Virus record (IMG/VR): IMGVR_UViG_3300037761_000250
Span: 15,279 to 79,278 of that record
Strand: one strand, 5' to 3'
DNA: 64,000 nt
Source: a virus
Taxonomy: Duplodnaviria > Caudoviricetes
The notes below the pieces were generated by a model, which was not told the DNA's origin, did not search any database, and was given only the letters and a program-made list of their open reading frames with translations. This document shows, in pieces, positions 39,273 through 47,471 of this stretch. Made by a program: the position numbers and the translations under genes. The stretch's first letter is position 1. Every line of letters starts with the position of its first letter.

Positions 39273-39659
39273 GACGTGTTCGGACAAATGCCACTTTATC
39301 TGTTTTGCACTACTTGCGGATGATTGTACCATTCTCGTCATAGAAGACGATTTGTCCGTTTGCATCCCGGAATGAGATGAATTGACCGGAAAGTGCCATA
39401 CCGGTGTTATGGCGCACGTTTGTGCGCAAAACACCAGAATCGGGGGAAATGTCCGGGTTTGCTTCGGCTTGACGCAGTACATCCCAATATGTGTACTTTG
39501 CCTTGATACCCGGGGGTTTGTTCACCTTGATGCGCTTTGGGCGCCTTTGTCCGTTTTTGTGAACCATTCCGTGGTAATTGGGCATAATACCCTCCATGTC
39601 TGGGAAAATCGGAATTGTCCAGATTTTTACAGACAAAGTGGCATATGACCGAACACGTC
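39273..39659. repeat. Cassette 5: 28/31-bp inverted repeat enclosing gene 39310-39585
   Basis: GACGTGTTCGGACAAATGCCACTTTATCTGT (39273-39303) and ACAGACAAAGTGGCATATGACCGAACACGTC (39629-39659). Confidence 0.95.
39310..39585 (-). CDS. Basic hypothetical protein (91 aa)
   Basis: GGAGGG RBS; start at ATG 39585. Confidence 0.7.
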   Translation of the reverse strand: MPNYHGMVHKNGQRRPKRIKVNKPPGIKAKYTYWDVLRQAEANPDISPDSGVLRTNVRHNTGMALSGQFISFRDANGQIVFYDENGTIIRK

Positions 39660-39816
39660 ACAAAGTGCTACGCAATGTGTATGTATGCGCTGTTTAGTTG
39701 GCAATGTACCGAAATGTCCGAATTTCTCCGGCTGCCTACGGTATGTCCGTAGCGTCCCGTTTTCGGGCACTTTAGGCGAAATACGGACTATGTCCGTACA
39801 TCACCTGAAATGTCCG

Positions 39817-39981
39817 TTATGCCAGGGGATCGTACCCTATGCCTGAAACGAACCTTTCGTACGCCCTTACGAGCTTTTGGGCGTATTCGTGGGAGATGTC
39901 ACCTTGGTAGTGGTCTGCTATGGATTGTGCCACTTCCAGGTGGTATTCCTGCATTTCGGTGGAGTAGTCCTGTTTTGTCAT
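39817..39981 (-). CDS. Hypothetical protein (54 aa)
   Basis: Hand-translated MTKQDYSTEMQEYHLEV...; AGGAG RBS. Confidence 0.55.
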   Translation of the reverse strand: MTKQDYSTEMQEYHLEVAQSIADHYQGDISHEYAQKLVRAYERFVSGIGYDPLA

Positions 39982-40381
39982 GGTGTGTACTCCTATGTCC
40001 TGCTATGTCCGTTTCGCCCCTGTCTGGGCGCTTTCGTCCATTGTAGCATGTGGGAACGCTCCCAGTATGTTGATCTTGGAGTAATTTCGCTATTTGCCAA
40101 AAGAGACCAATCTGGACATTTGATGATAGATCATGTTAAATGATGTTAAATGATGTTAAATTATTATTTGTTATAATATATTGTGATATAATATGATATA
40201 TAGCTATATTATTGATTTGTCCAATTTGTTGTAATTGCACGCCAACCCCCACAAACTGCAAGGTAAATATTGACTGTCCACATTGGACTCAAGGTCTACA
40301 TTGACCGTCCAGGAGCTGGGCGAGCTGGCTGATGTCGCCCAGCTATAGACAAGACAGGACATAAGGTGTACCGTACAGCTC

Positions 40382-40678
40382 ATGAAAACTGTTGACCTAG
40401 ATAAGGCTCTTCAAGAAATAGATCCTAAAGATGGAGAAACGGTTTTAAGACCAGCCGTTATTTCTGGTTTTGTATTTGCAGCAGGGTATGTCCTAATATC
40501 ATTTGGTCTTGATTTATCATCGGATCAGTTAAATGCAATTGCAACTTTTGCATTGTTTCTAGTTCCGATCGGTGCTGGTCTCTGGGCGCGTAAGAAGGCA
40601 TGGTCGCAAAAGAGTGTTGCCATGGTGGTCGAAAAGTTTAATCCGGAAGTGTCTACAGAAATGTCCACAAACGATTAG
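40382..40678 (+). CDS. Putative holin
   Basis: 98 aa, two TM helices and a charged C-terminus; first gene of the rightward arm. Confidence 0.6.
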   Translation: MKTVDLDKALQEIDPKDGETVLRPAVISGFVFAAGYVLISFGLDLSSDQLNAIATFALFLVPIGAGLWARKKAWSQKSVAMVVEKFNPEVSTEMSTND

Positions 40679-40692
40679 GAAGACAATAAACA

Positions 40693-40935
40693 ATGAACTT
40701 GGAAAGATTCAGAGGACGACACAATTCTACTTTGCAGCTACTACAATGGTTTCAGTTTGAACATTTACCTGGATACTTGCAGGAAATTTCTAAAGAATCG
40801 GCGGGGTTAGCCGAGCGGATGGCCGATGCCTTGTCCGATGGTCCGGAGTTGTCGGCCGGACTGCGCAAATTGTTGGAGGCAAAAGACTGTTTCGTTAGGG
40901 CAGCGCTTTCCGAGGTAGGTCGCAGTGGACGATGA
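40693..40935 (+). CDS. Small helical-hairpin phage protein
   Basis: FEHLPGYLQEISK...GPELSAGLRKLLEAKDCFVRAAL. Confidence 0.7.
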   Translation: MNLERFRGRHNSTLQLLQWFQFEHLPGYLQEISKESAGLAERMADALSDGPELSAGLRKLLEAKDCFVRAALSEVGRSGR

Positions 40936-41463
40936 TACTTCCGTTGCTCGTGATCGGTACTATAGAGCATTGCACGCTATGCAAAGTGGCGTTGCTGCTA
41001 AAATGGACATTGATCCTGCGGATGAGGTAACACCTAAACACCTTCGAGTGGGTATAAATTCGTCCCTGGTCAACTCTAGTTCATTGGCATCGTTATTAAT
41101 TTCCAAGGGAATTATTACTGAGTTGGAGTACATAACTGCGGTTGCTGATGGAATGGAAGACGAGAAAAAAGCATATGAAGAATACTTGCGTGAAGCAACT
41201 GGAAACGATAGGATATCACTTCTATGAATAAAAACGAAAATTGGAATGGGAACGAAGGATTTTACGAAGAAGATGAACCTGTTCAGGACGTTATTGACGC
41301 ATATAAGAAAGATGTAACTGGCGCATATAATTATCAAACTTATCGATGCGAACATTTTAGCGTTGGCGTACCTGCCGGTGGCCCGCCTTGGTGCTATATG
41401 TGTAATGGTGAAATGAAGAATTATCAGGTTACCACCAGTACAAGTACGGGTGTCAAACTATGA
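40925..41463 (+). CDS. Two hypothetical genes (40925-41227, 41224-41463)
   Basis: Overlapping stop/start codons. Confidence 0.6.
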
Positions 41464-42149
41464 TAACAATAGGATACATTTACCCAACCGACCGATATGC
41501 TGTGGTCAGCCACAACTTCTTCTATTCCTATTGCCAAGCATTCAGTAATGACAAAGCTGGATTGCTTAGTCAGAATAGCATAGCTGTTAGTTGCCATGGT
41601 ATTGGAATGGTTGTTGGACGCAACAAGTTAGTTGAATATTTCCTGGACAATACCGAAGACGAGTTCTTATGGATTCTCGACACCGATATTGGTTTCCAGG
41701 CAAATGCTCCCGGAATGCTTTTGGATACGATCACGGACACGATTGAAGACCCCGACAAATTAGATGTAGTGGTCGGTGCGTTGTGTTACGGACAAGACAA
41801 CAACCGATCAGACGGATTTGGTGGATACATAAGCGAAAAATTTCCGGTCGTTTACGATTTTGTGAGAGACGAGAGTGGCCTGGCCGGATATGCAATTAAC
41901 AGAGACTGGAACCATGGACAAATTGTTCAGGTTGGGGCCACCGGGGCGGGTTGTTTGTTGGTCCCTAGGCAAGTTCTGCTTGCCGTGGAAAAGGAATATG
42001 GACGATCTTGGTTTAACCAGGTAAAGTATTCCAACGGTGAGGTAGTTAGTGAAGATTTGAGTTTTTGTTACCGACTGAGTACGCTAGGCATTCGGATTTT
42101 TGTAAACACGAACATTCGAACCAGTCACCATAAGGCGGTTTGGATATGA
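41460..42149 (+). CDS. GT-A fold glycosyltransferase
   Basis: RNKLV..FL, WILDTDIGF (DxD), GAGCLLV, SEDLSFCYR and SHHK. Confidence 0.85.
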   Translation: MITIGYIYPTDRYAVVSHNFFYSYCQAFSNDKAGLLSQNSIAVSCHGIGMVVGRNKLVEYFLDNTEDEFLWILDTDIGFQANAPGMLLDTITDTIEDPDKLDVVVGALCYGQDNNRSDGFGGYISEKFPVVYDFVRDESGLAGYAINRDWNHGQIVQVGATGAGCLLVPRQVLLAVEKEYGRSWFNQVKYSNGEVVSEDLSFCYRLSTLGIRIFVNTNIRTSHHKAVWI

Positions 42150-42339
42150 CCGATGATTTCCAAACACCCATGTTACGACCGTCAATTAACATTAGGGTAG
42201 AGTACCGTCAGCTAGGTGCCGGTCCTGAGTCAATTGAGGTGCAGTGGGATGAAGGAACCATTGTTCCATCGGCGGAAGATATTTGTAAGATAATTGACAA
42301 ACTTATCAGTTTAGTAGAGAAGTAGAATGATTAGATAAA

Positions 42340-43875
42340 ATGGCTATTGACATAGATCATAACGAGTATGAGGATGATGCTGTCTATGATGTAGAAATAG
42401 ATGTCAATGACCAGGAACAGGAGCCTCCTAAAACTAGGGTTGATAAAAACAAGTATTTCGACATGGTTAACTACCAGCCACATGGTCGACAGTGGCTTTT
42501 TCATCGAAGTAAGGCAAGGTTCAAGGTAGTCGTAGCCGGCAGGCGAGCTGGAAAATCCTTAATGACTGCCAAGGACATTGAACCAATGCTAATGGTTCCA
42601 AATAAACGTGTCTGGCTAGTCGGAAACACGTATGATTTAGCTGAAAAAGAATTCCGGGTGATCTGGGATGACATGATTATCCGGCTAGGATTTGGGCAGG
42701 ACAAGCGGGTAATTAAGGCTTACAACCGTAAACAAGGAAATATGTTCATCAAGTTTCCTTGGAATACAATCATTGAATGTCGGTCGGCCGAACGTAAGGA
42801 AACCTTGGTTGGTGACTCGCTAGACTTAGTGGTACTGTGCGAGGCAGCCAAGCACCTCCGCGAGACCTGGGAGCGGTTTCTTAGGCCGGCGCTGTCGGAC
42901 CGGCGTGGTAGTGCCATTTTTAGTACAACTCCAGAAGGACAAAACTGGGTTTACGAATTATGGCAGCATGGCCAGAACCCTCGTCCAGAATATGTAGATT
43001 ATCAGAGCTGGTCGTATCCGAGTTGGGAAAATGATGTTATCTATCCTGGGGGATATGATGATCCGGAAATTCAGCTCATGCGACTTACCATGTCTTCGGA
43101 CGAATTTGACCAGGAAATTGGCGCTAGCTTCACTAGTTTTAGTGGTAAGATCTATGCCGAGTTCGATGAGAATGTTCATGTCAAGGAACATATTTTCAAC
43201 CCGGCGTGGAGAAATTATGTTTGTATGGACTTTGGATTCAATAACCCATTCGCAGCGGTTGAATTTCAGGTAGACCCGCAGGACAGAATATACGTATGGC
43301 GAGAATACTACAAGTCCGGAATGCGCTTGGAAGACCACCTGGATTTTATGAGATCAAGGAAACAGCCAGATGGTTACCGAGTTGATATGTGCTTTGGTGA
43401 TGCGGCTGACCCGGAAGCTATCGAAACCATAAATGTAAAGTTTGGTCCCTGCGTCGGCGACCCGTTGTCTAAGGTTAACTGGCGAGAGGGTATTGAGCAG
43501 GTCAAGTTTTTCTTAAAAGTTCAAGGTGAAGGCGATGACGGCCAGCCTTGGTTGATTTTAGACCATAGTTGTAAAAATGGCATTCGAGAGTTTAACAACT
43601 ACAAGGCTCCAGACACTGGTCGAGTTGAACGTAACCCACGAGAAGATGCCAAGAAGCATGATGACCACTTCTTAGACGCACTAAGATATGGAATTATGCA
43701 TGTGTTCAAGCTAGGATATCGAGTTCGGTTCAGTGATGTCATGTCAGTAGATGAATTACGAAGAACTGTTAGTCCACAAGACGGCGGAGGATACGTAAAC
43801 CTGGCCGATGTTAAAGGGTATCCGGCGTTGGAGAATGCTGGTTTCGTAACTTTAGACGATCGAAGGCGGTTTTGA
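42340..43875 (+). CDS. Terminase large subunit
   Basis: VVAGRRAGKS, LVVLCEA, FSTTPEG, MDFGFNNP and HDDHFLDALRY. Confidence 0.95.
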   Translation: MAIDIDHNEYEDDAVYDVEIDVNDQEQEPPKTRVDKNKYFDMVNYQPHGRQWLFHRSKARFKVVVAGRRAGKSLMTAKDIEPMLMVPNKRVWLVGNTYDLAEKEFRVIWDDMIIRLGFGQDKRVIKAYNRKQGNMFIKFPWNTIIECRSAERKETLVGDSLDLVVLCEAAKHLRETWERFLRPALSDRRGSAIFSTTPEGQNWVYELWQHGQNPRPEYVDYQSWSYPSWENDVIYPGGYDDPEIQLMRLTMSSDEFDQEIGASFTSFSGKIYAEFDENVHVKEHIFNPAWRNYVCMDFGFNNPFAAVEFQVDPQDRIYVWREYYKSGMRLEDHLDFMRSRKQPDGYRVDMCFGDAADPEAIETINVKFGPCVGDPLSKVNWREGIEQVKFFLKVQGEGDDGQPWLILDHSCKNGIREFNNYKAPDTGRVERNPREDAKKHDDHFLDALRYGIMHVFKLGYRVRFSDVMSVDELRRTVSPQDGGGYVNLADVKGYPALENAGFVTLDDRRRF

Positions 43876-43903
43876 GTATTGTTCTTTGTAACAGGGGGCA
43901 GGT

Positions 43904-45415
43904 ATGTCGGAAGGTATGTCGGAAGGTATGAATGAAAAAGTTACTACTCAACAGGCAGTAGAAATACTTGAGGAGCAAAATCGTCTAGGCGAAATGACGC
44001 TTCGAGAGGCACTGCACGAGTATGACATTGTTGATATACATTATGAGCCAGGCGGAGGTTCCCACGTAGTTTTATCGGAACGAGAATCGACCATTGATCG
44101 AGGTACTGGTTTTCGAGAAATGGGATTTGTCGATCCTAGTCCGTTCACTGCCTGGACTCGTCTTGAGCATGTGTCGGAACTTAGAGAACGACGTGGTATT
44201 CGAACTTATTACGACATGGCAAGGTCCGATGGTACCATTCGGGCCGCGCTTAGAATTCTTAAAACGCCTATTCAAGGTGCGGATTGGTACATTGAATCAG
44301 CTTCGGATTCGGTTATTGATAGAAATATTGCCGATTTTGTGGCCAATAATTTGTTCGAAGAGCTGGATACTACCTGGGAAAGGGTGGTCGAAGATTGTCT
44401 TCGAATGCTAGATTATGGCTTTTTCCCAATGGAGAAAGTTTATAAGATTGATGGTAACCGGATCAAGCTAGAAAGATTAGCACCAATTCACCCGTTGGAC
44501 GTTCAGTTATGGGAATATGATCCAAATGGTCGGGTAACTGGGCTAACGATGGAGCCGTTGACTGGTATTGATCGAGATATTCAACCTATCCATATACCGT
44601 ACAGTAAACTGTTAATGTTTGTATTTGAGATGGAGGGAAGCGATCTACGCGGTACTTCGGTATTGAGGTCTGCCTACAAACATTTCTATTACAAGGATAT
44701 TCTCTACAAGCTGGATGCCATTCAAAAGGAACGGCATGGAATTGGCGTTCCTTGTATTAAACTTCCGGTGGGATATAGTAAGGAAGACAAGGAAATTGCA
44801 AATGAGTTGGGTAGAAACCTTCGTACCAATGAGCGAGCATTCATTGTTGCTCCGTTAAGTTGGGAGATTGGTTTCGCCAAGATTGAAGGGCAACCAGTAG
44901 ATTGCATTCCTAGCATTAACCACCATGATCAAAAGATTATGCAGAATATTATGGCCACATTTACGGCCAATAAGACCGAAGAAATGACCAAGGAAAGCTT
45001 GGATACCTTCTACAAGTCTACTAGGTACATTGCCAATGGCGGGGTGGCGGCTGTTTTCAATAAGTTCTTGATTAAAGAACTTGTCGATATGAACTTTTTG
45101 CGTAAGAGTGGATTTCCCAAACTTCGGGTTCGTCGTATGGGCGAGTGGGAAGACACCCGGACCATGACATTTGCTCTGCGTAACTTGGTGGGTGCCAAAT
45201 TTATTACACCCGATGATCCGACCGAGGTGTTTCTGCGTAAGTTGCTTTCTCTGCCAGAGATGGATAAAGCTACTGCTCGGGGTATGGAGGGACCGTTGGC
45301 CGATCCTAGTAAAAATGTTGATAAACCAGAAGTTGGATTGCCTAAACAACAGCCAAAACCACCGATTCAACCACCGGCTTTGCAAGCTGGCGCTGATCGG
45401 TCGGGCGGCGATTGA
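43904..45415 (+). CDS. Portal protein (DUF935/Mu gp29-like)
   Basis: LDYGFFPMEKVY, GTSVLRSAYKH and QKERHGIGVP; follows the terminase. Confidence 0.9.
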   Translation: MSEGMSEGMNEKVTTQQAVEILEEQNRLGEMTLREALHEYDIVDIHYEPGGGSHVVLSERESTIDRGTGFREMGFVDPSPFTAWTRLEHVSELRERRGIRTYYDMARSDGTIRAALRILKTPIQGADWYIESASDSVIDRNIADFVANNLFEELDTTWERVVEDCLRMLDYGFFPMEKVYKIDGNRIKLERLAPIHPLDVQLWEYDPNGRVTGLTMEPLTGIDRDIQPIHIPYSKLLMFVFEMEGSDLRGTSVLRSAYKHFYYKDILYKLDAIQKERHGIGVPCIKLPVGYSKEDKEIANELGRNLRTNERAFIVAPLSWEIGFAKIEGQPVDCIPSINHHDQKIMQNIMATFTANKTEEMTKESLDTFYKSTRYIANGGVAAVFNKFLIKELVDMNFLRKSGFPKLRVRRMGEWEDTRTMTFALRNLVGAKFITPDDPTEVFLRKLLSLPEMDKATARGMEGPLADPSKNVDKPEVGLPKQQPKPPIQPPALQAGADRSGGD

Positions 45416-45650
45416 TAAATGGAAGAATTGGTCCAAGGTGGACTAAATCGGACAAGTCAGACAAAAACCGGAATTATCCTCAACGCCACAGCGTGGGGCA
45501 TTGCGCGCAAGCAGGACGTATCGTATGCTCAGCTCAGCACCAGCCCGACCTCGCCTACCCAAAGACAGCGGGCAGGCTTAAGTAGGAAAATTCTAATCTC
45601 AAAAGAGTACACGGCAACTAAAAATCTAGCCGTAAAAGTAGGTATATCGT

Positions 45651-46997
45651 ATGTCCATGTATAGTCCTAGTGGATCAGGCGAAGTGCATGTTGACAAAGT
45701 AATTTCAGGCAAGAAAGGAGGTAGTCGAGTGCCTTATGAGATTAGAATGAATAATGGTCGGCATTGTGTCTACAAAAAGGGCACTGATAAAAACTTAGGT
45801 TGTCATGATACGCACGATGGCGCGCAGCAACAATTAGCTGCTCTATATGCGTCGGAAGGAATGAAAGGAATGGACGAAGGTCACTACAGTTATTTGGTTA
45901 GCTTGGACTCCATTAACCTGGAAGAGGTTAATGGAGTAAGTTCTTGCTGGGTACATGCGCTACCAATTGGTAAGTATAACCACCCAGTTCTCGGTGTACT
46001 TGATATTACTGCTCAGCGAGCTGCAAAATTTGCCGAGAGTGTTAATAACAAGGTCCGAGGTATCGAACCAAGTATCAACTACAACCACAACAATAAGGAC
46101 GAAGCTGCCGGTTGGACCAAAAAGGCAGAGGCTCGCTCTGATGGACTTTGGCTCTTTGTTGAATGGGTAGATGATGCTGCCGAGAAGATCAAGAAAAAGA
46201 AGTATAAGTATTTCTCGGCCGAGATTATGGATAAGTGGGTAGATGCGGCCGGCAAGGAATTTTCCGACGTACTGTTCGGAGGCGGGCTGTCCAATCGGCC
46301 GTTCATGAAGAACCTGGTTCCGATTAACTTGTCTGAGTCCACCATCGAAAATGCTTTCGAATTGGTGTCGACGATTACCGGTACTTCCGTTGATAATTTG
46401 AAGGGTGACGGAATGCAACTTAGCGAAGAAGATCTGAAAAAGATCACGGATAGTGTTATTGCTGGTCTTAAGGGTACCAAGCCGGCAGAGCCCGAGCCTA
46501 CCAAACTGGAAGATATCGCCGAGCTTAAAGCACTCGCCGAAGATAACCCGACCGTGAAGGCGCTGTTACATCACTTCGAGACTCAGGGTTCCAACCTTCA
46601 CGAAACTACTAAAGTACTTCGAGAAACTCAGGTCCAAGCCAAACTTGCCGAGTTTGATAACTCCAAGTTGACACTTACTCCTTCGGCAAAGGAACTTCTT
46701 CGGGAGATTATGACTCACGAAAAGTTGCCGACCGAACTTAGTGAAAAACTTTGGGGTCTTATGGAGCAGGTTCGGACTTCCCAGAGTTTCCTGGTAGAAT
46801 TGGGTGAACGGTCTGGTGCTGGTGTTAGGTATGGATACGGAATGGTCGAAAAGTCGGCCACTCAGGAATTTAGCGAGCGAGTTAATAAGTTGATGGCCGA
46901 AGAGAAGGCTTCCTTCCTCGATGCGGCCGATAAGGTTGCCCGAGACGACCCAGAACTTTTCAATGCATATCGGGCCGGCGACGGCGCCAAGAAGTAA
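45651..46997 (+). CDS. Capsid maturation protease/scaffold (Mu gpI-like) with N-terminal extension
   Basis: INYNH, AAGW, LWLFVEW, YKYFSAE and GGGLSNRPF; coiled-coil C-terminus. Confidence 0.85.
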   Translation: MSMYSPSGSGEVHVDKVISGKKGGSRVPYEIRMNNGRHCVYKKGTDKNLGCHDTHDGAQQQLAALYASEGMKGMDEGHYSYLVSLDSINLEEVNGVSSCWVHALPIGKYNHPVLGVLDITAQRAAKFAESVNNKVRGIEPSINYNHNNKDEAAGWTKKAEARSDGLWLFVEWVDDAAEKIKKKKYKYFSAEIMDKWVDAAGKEFSDVLFGGGLSNRPFMKNLVPINLSESTIENAFELVSTITGTSVDNLKGDGMQLSEEDLKKITDSVIAGLKGTKPAEPEPTKLEDIAELKALAEDNPTVKALLHHFETQGSNLHETTKVLRETQVQAKLAEFDNSKLTLTPSAKELLREIMTHEKLPTELSEKLWGLMEQVRTSQSFLVELGERSGAGVRYGYGMVEKSATQEFSERVNKLMAEEKASFLDAADKVARDDPELFNAYRAGDGAKK

Positions 46998-47012
46998 TGA
47001 AAGGATACTTAA

Positions 47013-47426
47013 ATGGCTAACTACGTTCTTGACATTACTCGAATTCCAGAAGCTGCCACTACCAACCCAGATGGTGATACTGGGTCAGTTTCTGCTTTCC
47101 GATTTGTTGCTCAAGGTTCCGCCGATACTGGAGTAGATACCACACCCACTTTGAACGGTCCAGTTATTGGCGTTACCATGGACGAATTGGACCCAGATAA
47201 GGTTACTGCTGGTGGTTCAGTAGCAGTTCGAGTTATGGGAATTGCTCCGGTTCGAGCTGGTACTGGTGGTACAACTGCTGGTACTCGGGTTTCTGCGGGA
47301 GCCGATGGTAAAACTGTGGCAGTTGGTACTGCTGCCACTAACTTCTCGGTTGGTATTGCACTCCAGTCCGGTTCGGTGGGTTCGATTGTTGATGTCCTGC
47401 TAACTCCTGGTGTTCTGGCAGTCTGA
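47013..47426 (+). CDS. Capsid decoration/cement protein (DUF2190-like)
   Basis: Gly/Ala/Val-rich 137 aa protein between the protease and the MCP. Confidence 0.7.
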   Translation: MANYVLDITRIPEAATTNPDGDTGSVSAFRFVAQGSADTGVDTTPTLNGPVIGVTMDELDPDKVTAGGSVAVRVMGIAPVRAGTGGTTAGTRVSAGADGKTVAVGTAATNFSVGIALQSGSVGSIVDVLLTPGVLAV

Positions 47427-47471
47427 TAGCAGTCGGTTAATTGAAATGGTTAGTTGAAAGGATAAAATTAC

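Noticed and set aside
37317-39659. IS/MITE transposons as the explanation for the cassette inverted repeats
   Set aside because: There is no transposase, each cassette has different arms, the cargo genes are mostly unrelated, and the spacers are not consistent target duplications (TA, GT, TA).
39660-40055. Possible sixth cassette around the 54 aa gene (CACA..TGCTAC..AATG vs CATT..GTAGCA..TGTG)
   Set aside because: Pairing needs several bulges and the arms lie far from the gene ends, so it was not counted with the five clear cassettes.
40134-40163. dif-like site (ATGTTAAAT resembles the XerD arm)
   Set aside because: No XerC arm or correct 28-bp layout; it occurs as a tandem repeat.
43902-43930. 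12-bp tandem repeat giving MSEG-MSEG at the portal start
   Set aside because: A short local duplication or alternative start with no evident function.
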